From: Nitrospira sp.
Lineage (GTDB): Bacteria > Nitrospirota > Nitrospiria > Nitrospirales > Nitrospiraceae
Reading direction: 5' to 3'
DNA length: 64,000 bases
Assembly (NCBI GenBank): GCA_047150005.1
Contig: AP038806.1
Span: 1,280,001 to 1,344,000, forward strand
Shown: piece after piece, positions 9,745 through 19,284 of the stretch
Numbering within the stretch: the first letter of the stretch is position 1
How the letters are laid out: every line of letters starts with the position of its first letter
The notes under the pieces: model-generated
Told to the model about the DNA's origin: nothing
What the model saw: only the letters and a program-made list of their open reading frames with translations
Database searches by the model: none
Program-made: the position numbers and the translations under genes

Positions 9745-10095
9745 CTCCGTCAGCAGAACGACATTCGAGATATCCCGTGTCTTTCACAGGATCGTCGCTT
9801 CGTCCTTCCGACTGTGAGATCCCCTGAACATTTTCGGGCGTTATGTGTCGTTTTTCGAAAGTCTCGTCGGCCCGATCCTAACGCGTGACGACAGCCCCTC
9901 TGCAACCCATTGAATTTATTTTTGACCTTACGGGACGCTACTGATTGTCCCGGGCCCGAAGTTTGCTCCTCTCGCGTCCGACTTTTTGCAGGCCAGAAAG
10001 GAGGGGGCATTGACGGCATAGACAGCGGTCGACAGGCTCGAAGGACGTTGCTTTCACGTTTTTCTTTTTCATTCATCATGTATGGAGGATAGGGA

Positions 10096-10509
10096 ATGCG
10101 CGGTGTGAATACTGTTTCACGGTTCATCGGATCAGCAATCACGTTGACGCTCTTGCTCACATTGACCAACCCGGCGGCTCACGCTGCGCCGGCTCGAGCC
10201 GCAAAGGACGGGGGCGAACGCGGCAAGGCGGTGGCCATGGCGGCGCGCTATCTGCAGGGACCCGGGTTCGCCGACCCGATGCTGGCCGCCGAAACCGCAC
10301 CGGATGCGTCCTTGAGCGTTGAAGTGGACCACAAGGGTTGGGCCCGGATGGATCGGGAACAGAAAATGGACTTTCTCGATCGGATCAACGGCGGTGCGCT
10401 CCGCGCCAACGGCGGTGTCTCGATCGACATTCATGTCTCGATGAACGGCAGCAAAGTCGCGACGTCGATGTTCTCTTCGGGTCAACAAGTCATGCGGCTG
10501 GTCGACTGA
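10096..10509 (+). CDS. Small secreted hypothetical protein
   Basis: GGAGG RBS and signal peptide ending AAHA. Confidence 0.7.
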   Translation: MRGVNTVSRFIGSAITLTLLLTLTNPAAHAAPARAAKDGGERGKAVAMAARYLQGPGFADPMLAAETAPDASLSVEVDHKGWARMDREQKMDFLDRINGGALRANGGVSIDIHVSMNGSKVATSMFSSGQQVMRLVD

Positions 10510-10527
10510 CCAGTCCTCTCGCAGCCC

Positions 10528-10558
10528 GCGCGGAGCGGGACCCGAGTCCCCTCCGCGC
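10528..10558. terminator. GC hairpin between convergent genes
   Basis: GCGCGGAG-c-GGGAC ccga GTCCC-CTCCGCGC. Confidence 0.55.
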
Positions 10559-10589
10559 ACGGGTCCAAGTCTATTCCCCCTGACGTTCG

Positions 10590-10847
10590 TTATTTCTTAA
10601 AGATCAGCTTCGGAGACGTGAGGTTCCCGGCGCTCACGGCGACCAACTCCCATCCTCCGTTGCCGAACTCGTTCAAGGCTTGCTGCATGGAATCCGTGTC
10701 GTGCAACACCTCGACGATGCGATACTGAAATCGTTTGGTTTCCTGGGCTTTCGCCAAAAATGGTTGCGCAACGACCAACGTCATCGCAGACACGCTCACG
10801 CTCACAACGAGGGACATGATGACCACCGAGATGCGTCCTCGATTCAT
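10590..10847 (-). CDS. DUF4177-like small protein
   Basis: N-terminal hydrophobic helix, FQYRIV...LNEFGNGGWELVAV...LIFKK; AGGAGG RBS before MNRGR. Confidence 0.75.
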   Translation of the reverse strand: MNRGRISVVIMSLVVSVSVSAMTLVVAQPFLAKAQETKRFQYRIVEVLHDTDSMQQALNEFGNGGWELVAVSAGNLTSPKLIFKK

Positions 10848-10944
10848 GACTTCCTCCTGCTGTTGCTGATTGTTCCAGTCGATCTCAATCGAGCATCGTG
10901 ATTCAGTCACGCACCTTTAGTCACGCTTCCCACGCATCATTCGA

Positions 10945-13602
10945 TCAAGGATGCGCGATCCGCCAATTCTTGCCTACCCCTAGGTCAACTTTCAGCGGCA
11001 CCGACAAGCCGAGCTGCCTTCCGACCCCTTCCATTTCGCTCTTGACCAGGCTCTTCGCCTCATCCACTGCTTGTTCCGGGACCTCAAAGATCAACTCGTC
11101 ATGAACCTGGAGAATCATCTTCGTGTGCGGCAGCTCCTTGTGAAGTCTCCGGTGGACGTCGATCATGGCGACCTTGATCAGGTCGGCCGCGGAACCTTGA
11201 ATCGGGCTGTTCACCGCCATACGTTCGCCGAAGCCGCGCTGGACAGGATCACCGCTCTGAAGCTCAGGAATGGGCCGGCGGCGGCCGAGGATCGTCGTCG
11301 TGTAGCCCTTTTCCTTGCCCTCCGCGATGTTCCGGTCCATGAGGGCCCGCACCGCCGCGAACTTCTCAAAAAACGTCTCGATGTATTTCTTAGCCTCGGC
11401 CTGCGACACACCGATGTTCTGCGACAGCCCGAAGGGGCTGATGCCGTAGACAATGCCGAAGACCACGGTCTTGGCGACGCGCCGCATGTCGCGTGTGATC
11501 TGGCCGGCCGGCAGATTGAAGATCTCCATGGCGGTCGCCATGTGGATATCCTCTCCCTTGGTGAATATGCTGATCAAGCGGGGATCCTGTGACAGGTGCG
11601 CGAGAATGCGCGGTTCAATCTGGCTGTAATCGGCGCAAAGCAGTTCATGACCCTTCGGAGCAATGAAGGCTTCGCGGATGCGGAGACCATAGTCGCCCTT
11701 GACCGGAATGTTTTGGAGGTTCGGATCCGTAGAGGACAGCCGGCCGGTCGCGGCGACCGTCTGGTTGAGCGAAGTGTGCAGCCGCTTGGTCTCCGGATTG
11801 ATCAATTCGGGCAACGCATCAACATAGGTGGATTTGAGCTTGCTGAGGCTCCGGTAGTTCAAGATCTGCTGGGGCAATTCGTGCTGTGTCGCCAGCTGTG
11901 TGAGGGTATCTTCGTCCGTCGAATAGCCTGTCTTGGTCTTGCGGATGGGCTTCAGCCCGAGCTGTTCGAACAAGACGGTCGCCAGTTGCTTCGGAGAGTT
12001 GATGTTGAACGCGCCGCCGGCCAGCCCGGCGATGGTCTCCATCATGCTGTCGAGCTCCCGTTCCAATTCCTTGCTCAGCTCGCGCAGACCTTCGACGTTC
12101 AACAAGAATCCATTCCGTTCGATTTCAACCAGCACGGGGACAAGCGGCATTTCAACGTTCTGAAACAGTTGGAGACTCCCCTGTTCCGACAGACGTTCGG
12201 TCAGGACAGGACCGAGACCCGCCAAAGCCGACGCGGCTTCCGCCGTCTCCTCACGCGATCCCGTCTCGGCATCGAACAGACTCTGTGGGACCGCTTTCTG
12301 TTCCTTTCCCTGCCCGAGGCGATGATTCAACACTTCCAAGGCGACGGTCACAAGTTGATGGTCGCGACGGTTCGGGTTGAGAAGGTAATCCGCAACCATC
12401 GCGTCGAAATACGGCTCGGCAAGGGGCACTCCGATCCGGTGAAAGGCCAGCAGCGTCGCCTTCAGATCATGGACGATCTTGGTTCTCGCGCCGTCATGCA
12501 GCAGGGCCGTAATGGGTCTCATGTAGGCATGGACGTCGAGCGGAATGAACGCGGTCATGCCTCCGGCGGAAAGCGCCATCCCCTGCATCGAAGCGTTCAC
12601 TCCTGTTCCTCTCGATAGGAGACAACGCACCCCGAGAGGGCTTTCCTTCGGCAGGTCCCTGACAAATTGTTCGGCAGCCTGCTCGTCCTCGATGACCTGA
12701 GTCTCTGCCGCTCTCGCCGCAACCGGTTCAGACGCCGACGGCAACGATTTCAACAACGTCGTGAATTCCAGCTCGCGAAAAAGGTCGGCGAGCCGGTCCG
12801 TCTGCGGCTCCTGTAACCGATAGGTGGCCGGATCAAATCGCACTGGGGAATCAACCTGGATCGTCGCTAGCCGACGGCTGAGGCGCGCATTCTCTGCCTG
12901 CTCGATGAGCATCGCCTTGGTCCGCGGCGGCGTCACTTCTTCAACCCGTCGCAGCAGATCCTCAATCGTCCCGAACTGCGCGATCAGTTTGATCGCCGTT
13001 TTCTCGCCGATTCCCTTCACGCCGGGAATGTTGTCCGTACTGTCTCCCATCAGTCCCATCACTTCGACGACACGAGACGGCTCGACGCCGAACCGCTCGA
13101 GGCACTCCGCTTCGCCGGACCATTTGTTTTTGACCGGATCGAAGATGCGGGTGTGCGCAGTCAACACTTGAAACATGTCTTTGTCGCCCGTCACGATCAC
13201 GACGTCGTAGCCCGCGACTTCCGCCTGACGCGCCAATGTCCCGATCAGGTCGTCGGCCTCGTAGCCGGCTTGCCGGACGACAGGGATCGAGAACGCTTCG
13301 ACAAGGCGATGGATGTACGGCACCTGGGCCTGCATTCCTTGCGGCATCGGCGGTCGATGGGCCTTGTACGCCTTGAATTCCTCATGACGAAGCGTCGGAC
13401 CCTTTTCATCAAATGCCACGGCGAGTCCGTCCGGTTTGTGCTCGCGGATGATCTTCATCAGCGTCGTCGTGAAACCGTAGATCGCGTTCGTCTGGAAGCC
13501 TTTCGAATTGTTCAAGGGAGGTAGGGCAAAGAACGCGCGATAGACGTAGGCGCTGCCGTCGATCAGATAGAGCACTCGGCGTCGTTGGCCCGTAGAAGTC
13601 AT
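10945..13602 (-). CDS. polA: DNA polymerase I
   Basis: 5'-3' exonuclease (LIDGSAYVYRAFFA, EADDLIG, GDKD), TGRLSSTDPNLQNIP, ADYSQIE, QVHDEL. Confidence 0.98.
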   Translation of the reverse strand: MTSTGQRRRVLYLIDGSAYVYRAFFALPPLNNSKGFQTNAIYGFTTTLMKIIREHKPDGLAVAFDEKGPTLRHEEFKAYKAHRPPMPQGMQAQVPYIHRLVEAFSIPVVRQAGYEADDLIGTLARQAEVAGYDVVIVTGDKDMFQVLTAHTRIFDPVKNKWSGEAECLERFGVEPSRVVEVMGLMGDSTDNIPGVKGIGEKTAIKLIAQFGTIEDLLRRVEEVTPPRTKAMLIEQAENARLSRRLATIQVDSPVRFDPATYRLQEPQTDRLADLFRELEFTTLLKSLPSASEPVAARAAETQVIEDEQAAEQFVRDLPKESPLGVRCLLSRGTGVNASMQGMALSAGGMTAFIPLDVHAYMRPITALLHDGARTKIVHDLKATLLAFHRIGVPLAEPYFDAMVADYLLNPNRRDHQLVTVALEVLNHRLGQGKEQKAVPQSLFDAETGSREETAEAASALAGLGPVLTERLSEQGSLQLFQNVEMPLVPVLVEIERNGFLLNVEGLRELSKELERELDSMMETIAGLAGGAFNINSPKQLATVLFEQLGLKPIRKTKTGYSTDEDTLTQLATQHELPQQILNYRSLSKLKSTYVDALPELINPETKRLHTSLNQTVAATGRLSSTDPNLQNIPVKGDYGLRIREAFIAPKGHELLCADYSQIEPRILAHLSQDPRLISIFTKGEDIHMATAMEIFNLPAGQITRDMRRVAKTVVFGIVYGISPFGLSQNIGVSQAEAKKYIETFFEKFAAVRALMDRNIAEGKEKGYTTTILGRRRPIPELQSGDPVQRGFGERMAVNSPIQGSAADLIKVAMIDVHRRLHKELPHTKMILQVHDELIFEVPEQAVDEAKSLVKSEMEGVGRQLGLSVPLKVDLGVGKNWRIAHP

Positions 13603-13686
13603 GGCCGGCCAGGCTCAGCGTTCATTCCTGTGGCAGCCGTCCCTCCCGCCCGTCCCGAGTGGCTGCGACCGTTGAGAGGGCTCACA

Positions 13687-14118
13687 TTACGAATCCGGGG
13701 CGAGCACAAGCGGAGGTTTCTCGAATTTTCGGCGCATCGCATTGATGGCCCCCAGAACGGTCGGTTGACCGATCAATTTGGCTTCCACTCTGCGCTTACC
13801 CGGAAAATCGAGCATGGAGATGCCGATCAACATCGTGAGGATCCCCTGCCCCGGCAGGAACAACATCAAGAACCCCACGAAAACGAACACGGCACCCAGG
13901 ACGTTCTTGACGAGATGGCCCGCCATGCGAAGCACGGGATGATGATTTTCCATCCAGGGTCGGGGCACCCGAACGTCGAAATAGTCCGCCGGAAGGCGCA
14001 CCAGGATGAACGGAATGGCGATGAGCGTACCGACAAAAAACACCAGCGAGAGGACCGTCAACGCGATCAATGTGTCCGTCGAGACGACCTGCTCCACCGT
14101 CGAAAGGAGCCAATCCAT
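13687..14118 (-). CDS. PGPGW-like membrane protein
   Basis: Hydrophobic helices with the LFLPGQGILTMLIG motif. Confidence 0.8.
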   Translation of the reverse strand: MDWLLSTVEQVVSTDTLIALTVLSLVFFVGTLIAIPFILVRLPADYFDVRVPRPWMENHHPVLRMAGHLVKNVLGAVFVFVGFLMLFLPGQGILTMLIGISMLDFPGKRRVEAKLIGQPTVLGAINAMRRKFEKPPLVLAPDS

Positions 14119-14215
14119 GGGGTGGGCATCCTAGCACGCGACCTACAGGCACTCAAGCCGATGAGCCGCGCGGGCACGTGTTTACTGCATGCGACACGGG
14201 CGCTATAATTCCTGA

Positions 14216-14572
14216 ATGCCGATCATCGTTCGCGCGCAGAGCCAGCACTGGTCACGCCCGGCGCTGCTGCTGTGTTTTCTGACCGCTTTCCTCGCCGCTA
14301 CGTACGCCGCCGCCGGGCCTGATGAGCTCCAGATCGAAGTCACGAAAAAGGGGCTCGGCAAAGAGGTCGTCATCACCCAGGGGACGCGCGAGTGGTACAT
14401 GCTCGTCGAGGTGACGCCGGAAAACACGGTGGTCGTCAGGCAGGAAAAGGAGCGGGACCGCTATCTGGTGGATGAAAGCGAAACGCACGACCGGCCGCTC
14501 GCTCCGATCGAAGTGGACGGCGCGATCACGGACTACATCAACAGCGTGAAAGCTCGCGCGCACAAGAAATAG
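14216..14572 (+). CDS. Small exported hypothetical protein
   Basis: Signal peptide; TATAAT lies just upstream of the ATG (possibly leaderless); co-oriented with the next gene. Confidence 0.65.
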   Translation: MPIIVRAQSQHWSRPALLLCFLTAFLAATYAAAGPDELQIEVTKKGLGKEVVITQGTREWYMLVEVTPENTVVVRQEKERDRYLVDESETHDRPLAPIEVDGAITDYINSVKARAHKK

Positions 14573-14582
14573 CCGTCCTGCG

Positions 14583-14996
14583 ATGAAGCCCAAGTTCGTC
14601 CTCTTCGCCCATAACGCCACGTACGACAAGCTGCATCAGGTCGCCACCCTCGGCCTGACCGCCGCGGCGATGGGAAAGGACGTCATCGTCATCCTGTTGT
14701 TCTGGACCATCAAGAAGCTGGCCGAAGGCCAGATCGACCGGCTGGATTTCCCTCCCGAATATGGCGCATCCGCCGGAGAGGTAGCCCGTCTCCTGGAAGC
14801 AAAGAAAGTCCCCAAAATCTCTCAAATGTTTCAAGAAGCCAAGCTTGTGGGACAGTTCCGCCTCATCGCCTGCAGCGCCGGATTGGAATACATGGCAGTC
14901 GACGCAGACGTGGTGGTGAAGCACGTCGACGAAGTCCTGGGGCTTCCGGCAATCATCTCCCTCACGGCCGACGCGGAAACGAAGCTCTTCATTTGA
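14583..14996 (+). CDS. DsrE/DsrF/DrsH-like (peroxiredoxin-family) protein
   Basis: AAAMGKDVIVILLFW and RLIACSAG conserved Cys. Confidence 0.8.
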   Translation: MKPKFVLFAHNATYDKLHQVATLGLTAAAMGKDVIVILLFWTIKKLAEGQIDRLDFPPEYGASAGEVARLLEAKKVPKISQMFQEAKLVGQFRLIACSAGLEYMAVDADVVVKHVDEVLGLPAIISLTADAETKLFI

Positions 14997-15019
14997 AGGC
15001 ATCTCTCGCGTCACGTCGT

Positions 15020-15084
15020 TCGTATCTCGTAAAGAAATCGTAGAGAAAGGGGTTGCTCCATCGCTTCACGAGCTGCGCTTCACA
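15020..15084. repeat. Degenerate short intergenic repeat (CGCTTCACG / TCGTATCTCG type)
   Basis: CGCTTCAC twice at 15062-15084, TCGTATCTCGT at ~15020; CGCTTCACG recurs at 38592. Confidence 0.35.
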
Positions 15085-15085
15085 C

Positions 15086-15745
15086 CTAACGACTTCTCGT
15101 CACTCCGGCCTGATCGCAACAGTCGATTAACTTGCAGCGGCTACAGAAGGGCGACACCGGCTGGCAGAGGTTCTGCCCATAGGGAACCAGCAAGTCATTG
15201 AACGACATCCAGTACGGCTTCGGCAGCTTTCGTCGCAGTGCCTGCTCGGTCTCGTCGGGCGTGCGCGTCTTCAGATAGCCCCACCGATTGGTAATGCGGT
15301 GAACATGAATGTCCACACAGATCCCAGGCTTGCGGTAACCCACCGTCACCACGAGATTGGCGGTCTTGCGGCCTACACCAGGCAAGGTCAGCAGCTCGTC
15401 GATGGAATCGGGAACCGTTCCCCCATAGACGTCGATGAGACGGCGGCAGATGAGACGAATGGATTTGGCTTTCGTCCGATAGAACCCCACCGGGTAGATG
15501 GCTTTCTGAATCTTCGCCAGCGACAGGGACAACATGGACGCAGGCGTATGGGCAAGGGCGAACAAGCGCCTGCCGGCTTCGCTTGTGGTCTTATCCTTGG
15601 TGCGCAGGCTCAGGAGGCAGGAGATTAAAATGCGGAAAGGGTCACGATCCGATTCGCGCGCCACCACCCCCACGACCGGCTCCTGCCATTGACGCACCTC
15701 ACGCCTGACAATGGCGATTGCCGCATGGATTTGGTCCTGGCGCAT
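15086..15745 (-). CDS. nth: Endonuclease III
   Basis: HhH motif LPGVGRKTAN, VDIHVHR, 4Fe-4S motif C-X6-C-X2-C-X5-C. Confidence 0.93.
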   Translation of the reverse strand: MRQDQIHAAIAIVRREVRQWQEPVVGVVARESDRDPFRILISCLLSLRTKDKTTSEAGRRLFALAHTPASMLSLSLAKIQKAIYPVGFYRTKAKSIRLICRRLIDVYGGTVPDSIDELLTLPGVGRKTANLVVTVGYRKPGICVDIHVHRITNRWGYLKTRTPDETEQALRRKLPKPYWMSFNDLLVPYGQNLCQPVSPFCSRCKLIDCCDQAGVTRSR

Positions 15746-15804
15746 CCGAAACAGGAAGGAGCGGGACGGCAGACCTGATCAAGACATGAAAAAAGGAGGA
15801 GTGT

Positions 15805-15999
15805 CTATTCCGGCTTCCGCTTCGACAGCCACTTTTGCCGGCGCCGTTGCGCCTCGCGCTGCTTGGCTTTCTTCCTGACGCTCGGCTTCTCATAGTAACG
15901 CCGCCGCTTCAGTTCCCGGAAAAGCCCTTCCCCCGCAAGCTTCTTCTTGGCGACCTTGAGGGCCTTTTCAACGTTGTTATTGAAGACCTTGATTTCCAT
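15805..15999 (-). CDS. rpsU: 30S ribosomal protein bS21
   Basis: VEKALKVAKKK...RRYYEKPS...KQREAQRRR. Confidence 0.97.
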   Translation of the reverse strand: MEIKVFNNNVEKALKVAKKKLAGEGLFRELKRRRYYEKPSVRKKAKQREAQRRRQKWLSKRKPE

Positions 16000-17582
16000 T
16001 CGCGTCGCTTCTGTGCTTTCTCAGGCCGTGCCTGTGCTGATTTTTCCTTAGTGACAGACCGATTAGGCGGCGGAGTGTAGCACAGCCTCCTCAGTTCCTC
16101 AAGACAGATTGCAACCCGGCGGATCCGGCTGCCGATTGATCGTATAAGTCTATGATTCTGTTGATATCGTACGTTCTCTCGAACAATATAAAGACCGGCT
16201 TCTCCGGCAGCCAGACACAACATAATACCCACTGCCGCATCGGCTTGCACCCTCGCTTTGACGTATTTCCGGCCGACGTGAAGCCGTCTCCCCACCTGTC
16301 CCGCCAGCTCGGCAATTTGCAAGGGGACCTCCGTCGCACGGTGCAGAGCGGCAGCCAGTCTGGCCGGACGTCGCCGATCGGATGCCGGGAGTCTCGAAGC
16401 CTGAAGGTACTTCCCATAGGCGACTCCGTCGGCCTGCGCCAATCTCCCCAGCCGCTTGGCGATGGAGCGGAGACGCACCGCTTCGCCGCGTCGACGGCTC
16501 AGCCGTGCCCCCATAATTCCCAACGAGGCGGCACAGGCCGCGACCAGAGCCGACACCGACGCCCCGGCCGGACTGGGCGTTGCCGCCGCAATTGCGTCCA
16601 ATAGTTGTGCGACGGAGAGGCGTCGAAGATCCAGACCCGGCCGATGATTCGCAGCCGCGGCCGAGCGCGAGGATGCCCGGAAGGCCGACTCGATTTTCCT
16701 CTCCAGAATAAGCGAGCGATCAAACGATTCAAGACGGAGCGCATCGGCAGCGGCATCGACGAGCGCCGCCTCAGGGACCAGCCCCACGATCTCGCTGTCG
16801 GCGACGGGCACCGCATGCAAGGAGGCCAGGGCCTGCACGGCTTCGAATGCCGCATGGACGGGCGTCACGCGGTGGTCGGTCAGATTCATGGCCACCTGCA
16901 CCATGCGGCGGCTGGGCAGGTCGACCCCGATCGCCTTGACGTGGGCCATGCCTCCGCTCGACTGACGGACCGCCCGGGCGATCGACCGGGCGACTTCGAG
17001 GCTCGACGATCGCAGATTGACGTTGAAGGCGATCAACGGAGGTCTGGCCCCGATGACGATCGCTCCCGCGGTCCGGTGCAGCGCGGCCGGTCCGAAATCC
17101 GGGCGCCACTCGGGATCGGACCGCATCCGAAGCGCCAGCCCTTCCAAGCCTCCCCGGCGCACGGATTCCAGCGGCGCGCGGCCCGGTCCGGTAGCCGCCT
17201 GCTCATAGAGAAATACGGGGATGCCCAACTGTCGGCCCACCCGGTCTCCGAGGCGCCGGGCCAGTTGCACGCAGCCATGCGCCGAAACGCCCCTGGCCGG
17301 AACAAAGGGCACGACGTCCGTGGCACCGATGCGCGGATGCACCCCACGATGCCTGCGAATGTCGATCAGCCTGGTCGCCACCCGGATGGCACGAAACGCC
17401 GCGTCGGCCGCGGCATCCGGTTCACCCACGAACGTGAGGACCGACCGGTGATGGTCCGGGTCCATCGTCCAGTTCAACAGTGCCACACCCGTCACCGACT
17501 GCACCGCCCGGATCAAGGCACGGACGGTCGTCCTGTTCCGTCCCTCGCTGAAATTCGGCACACAGGTCACGAGGTGGTCCAC
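15909..17582 (-). CDS. ftcd: Glutamate formimidoyltransferase with C-terminal cyclodeaminase-like domain (FTCD)
   Basis: CVPNFSEGR, DPDHHRSV, HRGVHPRIGATDVVPFVP, ATPSPAGASVSAL; GTG start at 17582 after GAGGAG. Confidence 0.88.
   Translation of the reverse strand: MDHLVTCVPNFSEGRNRTTVRALIRAVQSVTGVALLNWTMDPDHHRSVLTFVGEPDAAADAAFRAIRVATRLIDIRRHRGVHPRIGATDVVPFVPARGVSAHGCVQLARRLGDRVGRQLGIPVFLYEQAATGPGRAPLESVRRGGLEGLALRMRSDPEWRPDFGPAALHRTAGAIVIGARPPLIAFNVNLRSSSLEVARSIARAVRQSSGGMAHVKAIGVDLPSRRMVQVAMNLTDHRVTPVHAAFEAVQALASLHAVPVADSEIVGLVPEAALVDAAADALRLESFDRSLILERKIESAFRASSRSAAAANHRPGLDLRRLSVAQLLDAIAAATPSPAGASVSALVAACAASLGIMGARLSRRRGEAVRLRSIAKRLGRLAQADGVAYGKYLQASRLPASDRRRPARLAAALHRATEVPLQIAELAGQVGRRLHVGRKYVKARVQADAAVGIMLCLAAGEAGLYIVRENVRYQQNHRLIRSIGSRIRRVAICLEELRRLCYTPPPNRSVTKEKSAQARPEKAQKRREWKSRSSITTLKRPSRSPRRSLRGKGFSGN
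16074..16102 (-). promoter_or_regulatory. Sigma70 promoter of rpsU inside the ftcd ORF
   Basis: TTGAGG-N17-TACACT with TG extended -10. Confidence 0.6.
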
Positions 17583-17598
17583 GGCCCGCTCCTCTTCC

Positions 17599-17638
17599 AA
17601 AAAAAAAGCCGGAGGAATGACGATCATGCCTCCGGCTT
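17599..17638 (-). terminator. Intrinsic terminator after tusA
   Basis: AAGCCGGAGG/CCTCCGGCTT stem followed by a T9 tract on the minus strand. Confidence 0.8.
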
Positions 17639-17659
17639 CGTGCGCCCGTGATGGAGGTA

Positions 17660-17902
17660 TTACTTGGTCTTCTTCACAAAAGCTTTGTAGATGCGTCCGG
17701 ACTGAGCCTGCTCCTCTTCGAGGCCCAGCATCTGGTGACCGGTCGTGTCACACCAAGCCGGCATATCCTTCTTGATGCCTTCATCGTCGGACACCACTTC
17801 AAGCACCTGACCCAACGTCAGTTCCTTGATCTTCTTCGAGGTCATGATGATCGGCATAGGGCAGAAATACCCGAGCGTATCGAGCTTCACATCGGCTTGC
17901 AT
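17660..17902 (-). CDS. tusA: Sulfurtransferase TusA family protein
   Basis: LDTLGYFCPMP motif and DMPAWC. Confidence 0.9.
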   Translation of the reverse strand: MQADVKLDTLGYFCPMPIIMTSKKIKELTLGQVLEVVSDDEGIKKDMPAWCDTTGHQMLGLEEEQAQSGRIYKAFVKKTK

Positions 17903-17942
17903 CTTCCACGACTCCGTGAAGGCTGAGGCCCTCGACCTTCTC

Positions 17943-18473
17943 TCATATAAACAGATTCACGCTGCCCTGCTTGGCTTCGGCCAAATAGGTGGTCACGCCG
18001 GCAAACTGATCGATTCCCTCGATCAACGTGTCTTTCGTGATTCCCATCAGTCCCATGGTCGTCGTGCAGGCGATGAATCGGACGCCGAGATCCATCGCCG
18101 TGGCGATCAGTTCAGGCACGCCGGGCATCCGGTGTTGCTTCATCACCTTGTGCATCATGCTGGTTCCAAGCCCTCCGAAATGAAAGCGGGACAGCGGAAG
18201 GGTCTCGGCGCCTCCTTGGTTCAGCAACCCGAACATGCGCCGAAGCCAATCCTTGGCGGAACTCGTCGCCCCCTTCCGGCGGATCGCATTCAAACCCCAG
18301 AAGGTGAAGAACATCGTGACCTGCATGCCCATCGCCGCGGCTCCGGTCGCGATGATGAAGGCCGCCATCGCACGATCAAGGTCACCGCTCAACAGCACGA
18401 TCGTCACCCGGTCGGGTTTGGAGGCCTGCAGATCCGACAAGGCGACCGCGGGATCCAGTTGTGTGGTAGTCAT
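17943..18473 (-). CDS. DsrE2-like sulfur-relay membrane protein
   Basis: SGDLDRAMAAFIIATGAAAMG, FFTFWGL, IACTTTMGLMG. Confidence 0.88.
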   Translation of the reverse strand: MTTTQLDPAVALSDLQASKPDRVTIVLLSGDLDRAMAAFIIATGAAAMGMQVTMFFTFWGLNAIRRKGATSSAKDWLRRMFGLLNQGGAETLPLSRFHFGGLGTSMMHKVMKQHRMPGVPELIATAMDLGVRFIACTTTMGLMGITKDTLIEGIDQFAGVTTYLAEAKQGSVNLFI

Positions 18474-18527
18474 GGAGTCCCCCTTCTCGGCAGACGAGCA
18501 AGAAGTCTACATTTCTGTGGGATTTTG

Positions 18528-18557
18528 ACTATAGTCTCCGCAACTTTTTCTTGTCAA
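18528..18557 (-). promoter_or_regulatory. Sigma70 promoter of dsrE-tusA
   Basis: TTGACA-N18-TATAGT on the minus strand. Confidence 0.75.
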
Positions 18558-18710
18558 GAAACGGCCGCCCTCACGAGAACAGACACCGTTCCGGTTGACC
18601 GGACCCGCTTTCCTTCCACGCCGACAAGCGACTACGGCCGCGCAGACGTCGGTCGCGCTGGACGTGACATGACCGCGACACGCTGGAAGTGAAAAGCCGT
18701 TCGACGTTGC

Positions 18711-18739
18711 TTGACCTTCGAAAACCCGCTCGTTATAGT
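18711..18739 (+). promoter_or_regulatory. Sigma70 promoter of Rieske gene
   Basis: TTGACC-N17-TATAGT. Confidence 0.7.
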
Positions 18740-18796
18740 CCTATTCAGATCGAACAGAGCCCGGTCGCATCGCCCACGCCCATCCTCCCTTACCTC

Positions 18797-19282
18797 ATGA
18801 ACGCGGACCAGAGCGTACAACCCCAGCCAGCCAAGAGTGCGCTTTTCGGATTTTGGTATCCGGCCTGCTGCAGTTCCGACCTAGGACCCGGCATGTTGAA
18901 AGGAACCGTCTTGCTCGGACTGCCTATCCTCGTGTGCAAGACGGAGCAAGGCGCCGTGGCCGCCATGCGCGACATCTGCCCTCATCGGCGCATGCCGCTG
19001 TCGTTTGGGCGCATGCGAGGCGATTGCGTGGAGTGCGCCTACCACGGATGGCAATTCGACCCGAAGGGTCGATGCCGGACGATTCCCTCGCTGGTGCAGG
19101 ATTCCCCCGTTCAACCCGACAAGATCGGGGTCACGACCTATCCGTGCCGGGAACGGGACGGATATGTGTGGGTGTTTCTTTCCGATCTCTCACGACCGGA
19201 GCAACCCATTCCCGAGGTACCGCCCCTGCCGCTGCCGGCTTCCCCTTTGAAGGGCCGCGTGACGTTTCGCTGGAGGAGTTGA
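18797..19282 (+). CDS. Rieske [2Fe-2S] protein: N-terminal half of a VanA/KshA-like oxygenase, apparently C-terminally truncated
   Basis: FWYPAC, CPHR...CAYHGW Rieske motif; ends after a Pro-rich linker with no mononuclear-iron domain. Confidence 0.8.
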   Translation: MNADQSVQPQPAKSALFGFWYPACCSSDLGPGMLKGTVLLGLPILVCKTEQGAVAAMRDICPHRRMPLSFGRMRGDCVECAYHGWQFDPKGRCRTIPSLVQDSPVQPDKIGVTTYPCRERDGYVWVFLSDLSRPEQPIPEVPPLPLPASPLKGRVTFRWRS

Positions 19283-19284
19283 AC

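Noticed and set aside
9926..10030. c-di-GMP-I riboswitch or 6S RNA identity
   Set aside because: Only fragmentary resemblance (GGGACGC, GACAGC); core conserved elements are not found, so it is kept only as an unassigned structure candidate
17599..17607. A9 tract as a phase-variation site in ftcd
   Set aside because: It is the U-tract of the tusA terminator, upstream of the probable GTG start at 17582
18853..19284. Programmed frameshift fusing the Rieske domain to the Lon domain
   Set aside because: The protease has its own RBS, ATG and signal peptide, and no slippery site is evident
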